DNA of 6,086 nt from a virus (lineage: Duplodnaviria; Heunggongvirae; Uroviricota; Caudoviricetes), in the IMG/VR virus record IMGVR_UViG_2690316273_000023, positions 1 through 6,086 of that record; one strand, 5' to 3'. Positions 1-5,435 of the stretch are shown here, piece after piece. The notes beneath the pieces were generated by a model. The model saw only the letters and a list, made by a program, of their open reading frames with translations. It was not told the origin of the DNA and made no database searches. The translations under genes and the position numbers were made by a program. The stretch's first letter is position 1. The number at the start of each line of letters is the position of its first letter.

Positions 1-474
1 ATGTACAGTCCGGTACAAATAGCCAATAAATTCATAACGTTGGGAAACCAACATCATAATCCTCTGACCCACATGCAACTTCAGAAGCTTACTTATATTG
101 CCCATGGTTACTATTTAGCATTAACAGGTAAGCCTTTGCTCAATGAATGTGTCTCCGCGTGGAAGTACGGTCCAGTTATTCCTGGAATGTACGATGCTTT
201 CAAAGACTATGGGAATAAACCTGTTACGAATGTAGCAGTAGCTCCTTTTGGTGGCATCGTTACTATGGATCCGCAAGCAGAGAGCATTATAGGGGCTGTT
301 TATAAGTTTTACGGCTCGAAAAATGGAATTGAGTTATCAACTCTAACTCATATGCCAGGTACGCCTTGGTCACAAGCTTATAATGGTATTGGCTCGTCGA
401 TCATCTCAAATGATGCGATCAAGGCTTATTATCATGATTTATTGAATAACCGACAGCAATGTCAGGGCCTCTGA
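1..474 (+). CDS. Panacea-domain (DUF4065) protein, PanA/SocA/GepA-like putative antitoxin
   Basis: 157-aa ORF from the ORF track. N-terminal half (YSPVQIANKFI...LTHMQLQKLTYIAHGYYLALTGKPLLNECVSAWKYGPVIPGMYDAF) matches my recollection of the conserved DUF4065/Panacea core (LQKLLY..G..L...G.PLF.E...AW.YGPV.P..Y). The ATG sits at window position 1, so RBS and promoter cannot be seen and the true start is unverified. GC visibly lower than the rest of the window. Confidence 0.72.
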   Translation: MYSPVQIANKFITLGNQHHNPLTHMQLQKLTYIAHGYYLALTGKPLLNECVSAWKYGPVIPGMYDAFKDYGNKPVTNVAVAPFGGIVTMDPQAESIIGAVYKFYGSKNGIELSTLTHMPGTPWSQAYNGIGSSIISNDAIKAYYHDLLNNRQQCQGL

Positions 475-496
475 AAAAGTAATATTCAGGGATGAC

Positions 497-1045
497 ATGT
501 CTCATAATTCAGATATCTATAAACTGATCGGAGCGGCCGCAGGTGTTGAAAATGGTCGCTCTGAAGCATCCTTAAACTCTACTGACAGTCAAGAGCAGGC
601 TTTTGAATCCGCATTTGAGCCGTCTAATCATGAGCGCGATGATGATTCTTCTTCAGAAAATAAGGCTATTCTGGAGGCAGAAGAGTTTGGTTCTAATACT
701 GGTGCATTGCATGAGTTTATGCAGCAGAACAGAATGGACAGTCTTCAAGCTCAGCTTGATATGCTCAAGTCACAAGTACGGGATAAGATAGCTGACGCAA
801 CTGGTAAAGAAATAGACAATGAGCTTCGGACAAAAATGGCCTCATTCACGGTTTGGTTTATGTCGTGTTGGTGCTTATTTGTAGCCGGAATGTTTGTATC
901 ATTTCTTATTGCTCATGAAGGAAAGCCGCCAGTTGAAGCAATCGTTGCATTACTGGGAACAAGTACAATTAGTATTGTTGGTTTGGTTGGCTTCGTTGTT
1001 AGTGGATTGTTCAAATCTAGAAAAGATGGCGATAAAGAAAAATAA
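497..1045 (+). CDS. Membrane protein with acidic N-terminal region and two C-terminal TM helices; candidate PanA-associated toxin/effector
   Basis: 182-aa ORF starting 22 bp after the upstream stop, with a purine-rich AGGGA 4-5 nt before the ATG. N-terminal ~110 aa are acidic, Ser/Glu-rich and low-complexity with a short predicted coiled segment (QQNRMDSLQAQLDMLKSQVRDKI). The C-terminus has two hydrophobic stretches (FTVWFMSCWCLFVAGMFVSFLIA and AIVALLGTSTISIVGLVGFVVSGLF) and a basic tail (KSRKDGDKEK). No family recognised with certainty; DUF2335-like is possible. Confidence 0.6.
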   Translation: MSHNSDIYKLIGAAAGVENGRSEASLNSTDSQEQAFESAFEPSNHERDDDSSSENKAILEAEEFGSNTGALHEFMQQNRMDSLQAQLDMLKSQVRDKIADATGKEIDNELRTKMASFTVWFMSCWCLFVAGMFVSFLIAHEGKPPVEAIVALLGTSTISIVGLVGFVVSGLFKSRKDGDKEK

Positions 1046-1066
1046 CCCGTATATACACGGGTTATT
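1031..1066 (-). terminator. Intrinsic terminator at the end of the minus-strand operon, possibly bidirectional
   Basis: Perfect 10-bp inverted repeat aataacccgt (1041-1050) / acgggttatt (1057-1066) with a 6-nt loop. On the minus-strand transcript it is followed immediately by UUUCUUUAUC (complement of 1031-1040) and lies 13 nt downstream of the stop of the 1079-1351 gene. The plus-strand stop TAA (1043-1045) lies inside the left arm; on the plus strand the T-rich stretch only begins ~20 nt after the stem. Confidence 0.6.
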
Positions 1067-1078
1067 CATGGTCTTAGT

Positions 1079-1351
1079 TTAGTTATATTTTTGTTTATCC
1101 GTTCTGACCTTTTCCCACTCAGCTCGTCCTTCTTCTCGTCTTTTGTCTATGTATTCCGCAAGATCCTGAATATTGATGCAACGTTTTGCTTTTTGTGATG
1201 TGCCGATGCGATATGTTGGAACGGGCAACTTACAAGCGTTTGCTTTTGCTTCTGCCGTGGCTGGACTCATGCCAAAGTACTTTTGGCTAACTGCTGAGAG
1301 TTCAATGTTAGGGGTATTGAATTCAGCCATCAGTAAAAACAAGGTGTTCAT
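1079..1351 (-). CDS. PrtN-family / excisionase-like small DNA-binding protein
   Basis: The ORF-track start at 1378 is a GTG with no SD. The internal ATG at 1351 is preceded by GGAG with a 6-nt spacer and gives a 90-aa protein MNTLFLLMAEF...QDLAEYIDKRR, which matches my recollection of the PrtN / excisionase-like family. It is the last gene of the operon, followed by the terminator. Confidence 0.6.
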   Translation of the reverse strand: MNTLFLLMAEFNTPNIELSAVSQKYFGMSPATAEAKANACKLPVPTYRIGTSQKAKRCINIQDLAEYIDKRREEGRAEWEKVRTDKQKYN

Positions 1352-1387
1352 AATTTTCTCCATCAAAACCGGCTGCACCCGGAAAAA

Positions 1388-1960
1388 TCATAATTCTGTG
1401 CTGGTGGCAGGAATTAATTTCTGCCAGATAGCTGAAACATATTTTGCCTGATGACGAGCATCAGCCAGGGCGTTGTGCCGTTCGCCATCGAAAGGCATGT
1501 CCATTTTGGGGTCGAATCCGATGGAACGCCCAAGCGTAACGATCGTGCGTACATCGTGATCATTCCAGTACGCCCATGGGCAGATTTGTCCTGCTCGTTC
1601 ATAAGCTCCGCGTAAAATTACGTTGTCGAAGGTGGCCCCGTTACCCCAAACTTTTAAATATTTCGTATTGCCTGCGTGCCGATTAATGAAATGGCTCAGT
1701 TCAGAGAGTGCATCGCTGATCGACAAAGTATCATCAATACAGATTGCAGCTCGTGCTTCAGGGCTTTGTTTCAACCACCACAGGATGGTATCGCCGTCAG
1801 GTGTGGCCCCTTGCTCCATAGCACTGTCCAGGCTGACAACCGTATAGAATGCTTGTCCGATGTCTCCGGTTTCTGGAGTGAAGAACACCGCGCCAATGGA
1901 AACGAACGGTGCATCCTTATTTTTCCCCATCGTCTCAAGGTCGATCATTAAGTTGTTCAT
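1388..1960 (-). CDS. DEDDh-type 3'-5' exonuclease (DnaQ-like fold, phage Rv2179c-like exonuclease family)
   Basis: Motifs read directly from the translation: Exo I (MIDLETMG), Exo II (WGNGATFDNVIL) and Exo III (HNALADARHQAKY, H-x4-D). ATG at 1960 preceded by GAGGTG; the ORF-track start at 1963 is a GTG. Start overlaps the upstream gene's stop as TGATG. Confidence 0.8.
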   Translation of the reverse strand: MNNLMIDLETMGKNKDAPFVSIGAVFFTPETGDIGQAFYTVVSLDSAMEQGATPDGDTILWWLKQSPEARAAICIDDTLSISDALSELSHFINRHAGNTKYLKVWGNGATFDNVILRGAYERAGQICPWAYWNDHDVRTIVTLGRSIGFDPKMDMPFDGERHNALADARHQAKYVSAIWQKLIPATSTEL

Positions 1961-2586
1961 CACTTCACCTCATGCGGCGGTTCCGGTAGCGGCATCCAGT
2001 GTGATGGTATCCACGACGCACCAGGTATTACCCACCCATCATTAGCGTCAGGATGCCCCGGGATGTAAGTCGCCCATTTCATTCGCCAGTCACCTTTCCT
2101 GTCAAACTCCCTGGCAACAAGAACGGCTGTTTTGCTATCCGGCATTCGCTCACTACAGCTTATCCAACCGCCCGGAATTACCGGAGAGTTGCCATTTACA
2201 TCGAAGTTTGGCTCTGCGTCCTGAACTAGGAGGATGTAACCATTCTTGGCTGTATCAAGTTCTAACGCCTCGGTGACGGTACCGAAATAGCGATTACCTA
2301 AATCAGCATCACAAGTGCTTACATCAATGGAAACTTCCATCCCTTCGATTAATTCTGGCAAGTTGTAAGTTTGGCTTACAGGCTCTGCTTCCAGTGATGC
2401 CAGTGCAATTCGTGCCAGCTCACGCACAACTTCAGGGGGCGCGTAACGGTCATTCAGGTCATCCCACAGGCGTAGCATGTTATCGCTACCAGGGTGAACA
2501 TCCTCGTTAGTTCCGGCAAGCGCACTAATAACCTCATCGGCTGCTTCAATAATTTTCTGTGCCTGTTCTCTGGTAATAGTGGTCAT
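1960..2586 (-). CDS. DUF551-domain phage protein
   Basis: 208-aa ORF. C-terminal region (GGWISCSERMPDSKTAVLV...GWVIPGASWIPSHWMPLPEPP) carries the W-rich signature ending in WMPLPEPP that I recall for DUF551. N-terminal MTTITREQ...ELARIALASLEAEP module is shared with the 2796-3191 gene. Confidence 0.72.
   Translation of the reverse strand: MTTITREQAQKIIEAADEVISALAGTNEDVHPGSDNMLRLWDDLNDRYAPPEVVRELARIALASLEAEPVSQTYNLPELIEGMEVSIDVSTCDADLGNRYFGTVTEALELDTAKNGYILLVQDAEPNFDVNGNSPVIPGGWISCSERMPDSKTAVLVAREFDRKGDWRMKWATYIPGHPDANDGWVIPGASWIPSHWMPLPEPPHEVK
2389..2428. repeat. Dispersed direct repeat, copy 1 (encodes the ELARIALASLE motif)
   Basis: ttccagtgatgccagtgcaattcgtgccagctc at ~2391-2423 matches ttccagcgatgccagagcaattcgtgccagttc at ~3059-3091, 30 of 33 positions identical. 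Both copies lie in the same frame of adjacent minus-strand genes. Confidence 0.7.
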
Positions 2587-2596
2587 TTGTTATGCC

Positions 2597-2794
2597 TCAA
2601 TACACGAAATCTGTTTTAAATTCATGGTTACATTCTGGACAGCATGTTTCGTAACCTTTTATTTCTTCACATGCCTGTTTAGCTCCAGAAAACTCCCAGA
2701 AATCAGCGTCACAAAGCAGATCGAAATTGTGACCGCATTTTGGGCATTCGGTATCAAGTGACAGATTCCAGTAAGCAGTGGTGTTTTTATCCAT
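2597..2794 (-). CDS. Small zinc-ribbon protein (CxxC...CCxxC)
   Basis: 65-aa product MDKNTTAYWNLSLDTECPKCGH...ETCCPECNHEFKTDFVY with two Cys pairs. ATG at 2794 is preceded by AAGGAG with a 6-nt spacer, and the upstream gene's stop is at 2796-2798; the ORF-track start at 2827 lacks an SD and would overlap the upstream gene. Confidence 0.55.
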   Translation of the reverse strand: MDKNTTAYWNLSLDTECPKCGHNFDLLCDADFWEFSGAKQACEEIKGYETCCPECNHEFKTDFVY

Positions 2795-2795
2795 A

Positions 2796-3191
2796 TCAGT
2801 CTCCTTTCCCCTGAAGCATAGCGGCACGGCAGGCGTTCCAGCCTCTCACCTCTGCAATAGCGGCAACAGCATCAACCGCGTACATACTAAGAGGATTAGG
2901 CATTGGTTTTTCTTCCGGTACTACTTGCGCTGGAGGGGCGGCGTAAATGCCCTCTATCACTAAATGTTTGCGCTCAAAATCATCTGGCTCTCGATGATAT
3001 ACGTAACTCCAATCACCAAGGTTATCATTGCGCCTGCAACGGAAACCTATCGGCTCGACTTCCAGCGATGCCAGAGCAATTCGTGCCAGTTCTTCCGCTT
3101 CTTCTGCTGGCAGTACAACGTTGCTACCCGGTCCGTATGTTTCGCGCCACTGCTTGATTGTCAGCAGTCGCTCTTTGGTAATAGTGGTCAT
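2796..3191 (-). CDS. Hypothetical phage protein sharing an N-terminal module with the DUF551 protein
   Basis: 131-aa ORF MTTITKERLL...EELARIALASLEVEP...; AAGGTG 8 nt upstream of the ATG. The shared N-terminus is visible at the DNA level (see repeat features). C-terminal part unrecognised. Confidence 0.6.
   Translation of the reverse strand: MTTITKERLLTIKQWRETYGPGSNVVLPAEEAEELARIALASLEVEPIGFRCRRNDNLGDWSYVYHREPDDFERKHLVIEGIYAAPPAQVVPEEKPMPNPLSMYAVDAVAAIAEVRGWNACRAAMLQGKGD
3055..3097. repeat. Dispersed direct repeat, copy 2 (encodes the ELARIALASLE motif)
   Basis: Partner of the 2389-2428 copy. A second shared block covers the two start regions: ctggtaatagtggtcat at 2570-2586 and ttggtaatagtggtcat at 3175-3191. 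Confidence 0.7.
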
Positions 3192-3193
3192 AG

Positions 3194-3385
3194 CTATTTC
3201 ACCTTAATCTCAACATTTCGCAGCTTTAGCTCTACTGGCAGGTCTGACTTTCCGGTTAATGCTAATGCGAGATTTTCTGGAGTAATGAGAGCAGTTATTG
3301 TTTTCCCCCTCGCCAGACGAATAATCATTCGTATCTCGCAATCGTCACATGCTCCCGGTCGAACAATTGAGATTTGTCCGTTCAT
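3194..3385 (-). CDS. Small hypothetical phage protein (63 aa)
   Basis: Internal ATG at 3385 (MNGQISIVRPGACDDCEIRMIIRLARGK...) is preceded by AAGGAG and lies 1 nt after the upstream gene's TGA (3387-3389). The longer ORF-track version (3194..3547) would overlap the upstream Ea22-like gene by ~160 nt and is rejected. Confidence 0.5.
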   Translation of the reverse strand: MNGQISIVRPGACDDCEIRMIIRLARGKTITALITPENLALALTGKSDLPVELKLRNVEIKVK

Positions 3386-3386
3386 C

Positions 3387-4094
3387 TCACTCTCCTTTGA
3401 TGCGAATGCCAGCGGCGCGCTCGGCTTCACTTTGTTCCCAAAACCACTTGTGAAGCGCCATAAGCTTTTCGTCAATCGGTGCATATTTGCGATTAAAGTA
3501 GGCCTGAGCATCTTTCTCAGATTCGTCCGGTAATTCGCCAGGGCCAAACAGTGTGTTATAAATCCATGCTAGTCCGCTCTTAGCGTCGCCAGTTGCCTGC
3601 CATTCGATAATGGCAGCCTGCATGACCAGAATGTTTTTCCCGATTAATAGGTCCAGTTCTTTGTACCGGTTGCGGATGTATGCATTCTCGCTTTGTAATT
3701 TTGCGTTGCGCTTTTCTGAGGCTTCAAGTAACGCCTGCTTATCGCGTAGCGCTTCTTCCAGTTCAGCAACATGGCACTCACTATCAATAAGGTTGTTCTC
3801 TGCGGCTTCCAGCTCAACACGCAGCTTCCCTACCGTTAGCGCAATATCCTCGTTCTCCTGGTCACGGCTTTTGATGTATTGCTGGTTTCTTTCCCGTTCA
3901 TCCAGTAGTGCCAGCACGGTTTCTGGTCCGGCCAGAAATTTGAAGGCGTTGAGCGCATCAATATCCACACCGTAATCTTTAAGTTCCTGTTCACTTAACA
4001 AATCATCATCAGCTGGCAACATTAACAGGCGTTCCATTGCTGGAATTGCACGTTCCGCCGCCTCACGCAGTGCCTGATAGTCAATCTTGCTCAC
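3387..4094 (-). CDS. Ead/Ea22-like coiled-coil protein
   Basis: 235-aa ORF MSKIDYQALREAAERAIPAMERLL... with a long heptad-like Glu/Leu/Ala-rich central region (ELEAAENNL...ELEEALRDKQALLEASEKRNAKLQSENAYIRNRYKELD). Matches my recollection of Ea22-like proteins of lambdoid prophages. Start overlaps the upstream stop as ATGA. Confidence 0.68.
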   Translation of the reverse strand: MSKIDYQALREAAERAIPAMERLLMLPADDDLLSEQELKDYGVDIDALNAFKFLAGPETVLALLDERERNQQYIKSRDQENEDIALTVGKLRVELEAAENNLIDSECHVAELEEALRDKQALLEASEKRNAKLQSENAYIRNRYKELDLLIGKNILVMQAAIIEWQATGDAKSGLAWIYNTLFGPGELPDESEKDAQAYFNRKYAPIDEKLMALHKWFWEQSEAERAAGIRIKGE

Positions 4095-4780
4095 TGGTTG
4101 CCTCCTTTTCGAAGCTGGGCGGCGATATCTTCGAGAACGCCATCAGAGAATGAGCGGTCAAAATCGCCTTCCGGCGCATTAGCCATAAACTCAGTAGAGG
4201 TAAGAATCATCCGGGCAATATCCGCGGCGTTCTTCGCAGTATCATCAATAAAACCAGCTTCCCAGGCAGCCAGCATTCTGTTCGCCACAAAATAAGCGCC
4301 TTCCTTGCGTGCTTCAGTCTTCACTTCAGCCAGAAAAGCATCGGTGGCTGGGGTGTCGATATTAGGCAGAAGCGCATAATCGCAAATCGTATCGATCGCA
4401 GGATCACAACAGTCATCCTCGTTGCGTGGTCGTTCGCCAACCTTCGTTGACGATTGCATGATGATTCCCCAGCAAATACTATCGACCTCTTCGCTCCATC
4501 CATCGCAAGCATCACCGCGATAGTCGTCAATTGCAGCCTCAGCCGATTCGATAGCTTCCTCAGCAGTTTTGTGCCATTCGAAATTATGCTCAGAGCCATA
4601 TGAGAAATATGAATGTCCCGCCTTCAGCCCCGCATTCTCCGCCGCCAGCGCCGCGCACTTGGCCTCCGCTTCAGCAAATTTACGCACCAGATATTCAGCA
4701 TTTGTTTCGTTCACTTTCAGATCTCGCGGTACACATTTCCCGCGAAGAAACCCTTCCATTTCGAAAACATTCATGCGCAT
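4091..4780 (-). CDS. Ead/Ea22-like family protein (second, divergent copy)
   Basis: 229-aa ORF with N-terminal coiled-coil segment (NAEYLVRKFAEAEAKCAALAAENAGLK) followed by an acidic, Cys/Trp-containing domain. GGAG 8 nt upstream of the ATG at 4780. Family call is from recall and only moderate. Confidence 0.55.
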   Translation of the reverse strand: MRMNVFEMEGFLRGKCVPRDLKVNETNAEYLVRKFAEAEAKCAALAAENAGLKAGHSYFSYGSEHNFEWHKTAEEAIESAEAAIDDYRGDACDGWSEEVDSICWGIIMQSSTKVGERPRNEDDCCDPAIDTICDYALLPNIDTPATDAFLAEVKTEARKEGAYFVANRMLAAWEAGFIDDTAKNAADIARMILTSTEFMANAPEGDFDRSFSDGVLEDIAAQLRKGGNQ

Positions 4781-5307
4781 TTGCGTAACTCCGATAACTC
4801 GTTAAAACGTTCCATAAACATCCCGTAGGCATGGCCTGGTGACAGTGGAATAACTTTGAACATCTCTGTTGCCGGGATGCCTTCCAGTACAGGCCAGAAA
4901 GAGCCATCATCAAGCCCGAGATCGCGGCGTTCGGTTGCCAGCATGATGAGATCGGCATATTTCACTGGCGTGCTCATAACAGGAGGTAACCCGTATTTCT
5001 CACGGATTACGGCGTCTATTTTTTCTTCCATCCGTTTATAGTCAGGAAGAAGTCGTTTCAGTGGCGCGGGGATGTCCTGGCAATATGCTTCTGTTGCATC
5101 ATGCATTAACGCTTCAAAAGCAAATTCCTGCGGCACCAGCTGGCTGCAAAGCACCGCATGCTGGGCGACACTGTAGAAGTGTGAAAGATGTCCTGCAAAG
5201 CGACAGATATTTGAAAGGGAAACTGCGATATCGTTAATCACGATGTCGTCTTTATTTATCTTGTCATAATAAAAATGCTTCCCGGAAAAAGTTTTAATAA
5301 ATGACAT
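4771..5307 (-). CDS. yfdR: HD-domain phosphohydrolase, YfdR-like (5'-deoxynucleotidase family)
   Basis: His...His-Asp metal-binding signature read from the translation (HLSHFYSVAQHAVLCS ... ALMHDATEAY). Internal ATG at 5307 (MSFIKTF...) is preceded by GGAG with a 6-nt spacer and gives 178 aa, which I recall is the length of E. coli K-12 CPS-53 YfdR. The ORF-track start at 5319 is a GTG lacking an SD. Confidence 0.78.
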   Translation of the reverse strand: MSFIKTFSGKHFYYDKINKDDIVINDIAVSLSNICRFAGHLSHFYSVAQHAVLCSQLVPQEFAFEALMHDATEAYCQDIPAPLKRLLPDYKRMEEKIDAVIREKYGLPPVMSTPVKYADLIMLATERRDLGLDDGSFWPVLEGIPATEMFKVIPLSPGHAYGMFMERFNELSELRKCA

Positions 5308-5401
5308 TTCGTTCTCCACTTTATATGCGCTGCACCGCGCTGAATTCTGCTAAAAGGAAGCTCTCACCATCCGGTGATTATTGAGTTAATTACGTTTCCA
5401 T

Positions 5402-5423
5402 AAATGCCCCCGCAGGGGCATTT
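5402..5423 (-). promoter_or_regulatory. GC-rich stem-loop in the yfdQ-like/yfdR-like intergenic region
   Basis: aaatgcccc (5402-5410) / cgca loop / ggggcattt (5415-5423): 9-bp perfect stem with a tetraloop, 13 nt downstream of the yfdQ-like stop on the minus strand. No U-tract follows on either strand. Confidence 0.4.
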
Positions 5424-5435
5424 GCAGTAATGAAA

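Noticed and set aside
603-1082. Two 62-aa plus-strand ORFs (603..791 and 894..1082) in alternative frames
   Set aside because: Nested in alternative frames of the 497..1045 membrane-protein gene; no features favour them over the longer ORF.
1173-1451. 92-aa plus-strand ORF
   Set aside because: Antisense to the PrtN/excisionase-like gene and the exonuclease 3' end; it would run against the operon.
1623-1951. Plus-strand ORFs of 74 and 91 aa (1623..1847 and 1676..1951)
   Set aside because: Both lie entirely antisense within the DEDDh exonuclease gene, which has clear catalytic motifs; no RBS.
2964-3533. 189-aa plus-strand ORF
   Set aside because: Antisense to three consecutive well-supported minus-strand genes, with no RBS and a Phe/Ser/Cys-rich low-complexity product; typical shadow ORF.
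3194-3547. 117-aa version of the small minus-strand gene
   Set aside because: Would overlap the upstream Ea22-like gene by ~160 nt in another frame; an internal ATG at 3385 with an AAGGAG RBS sits right after the upstream stop.
3610-3975. 121-aa Ser-rich plus-strand ORF
   Set aside because: Lies antisense to the coiled-coil region of the Ea22-like gene; Glu/Ala/Leu codons read in reverse give Ser/Ala-rich artefacts. No independent support.
4321-4958. Minus-strand ORFs 4321..4599 (92 aa) and 4695..4958 (87 aa)
   Set aside because: Out-of-frame ORFs embedded within the longer, better-supported 4091..4780 and 4771..5307 genes on the same strand.
4569-5041. Plus-strand ORFs of 61-78 aa (4569..4805, 4600..4788, 4613..4828, 4856..5041)
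   Set aside because: Antisense to the Ead-like and HD-domain genes; Pro/Arg/Ser-rich products typical of GC-rich shadow frames.
5320-5360. Possible sigma70 promoter for the yfdR-like gene (TATAAA-like -10)
   Set aside because: No acceptable -35 at 16-19 bp spacing and the leader would be very short. The operon is more likely driven from an upstream early promoter with read-through.
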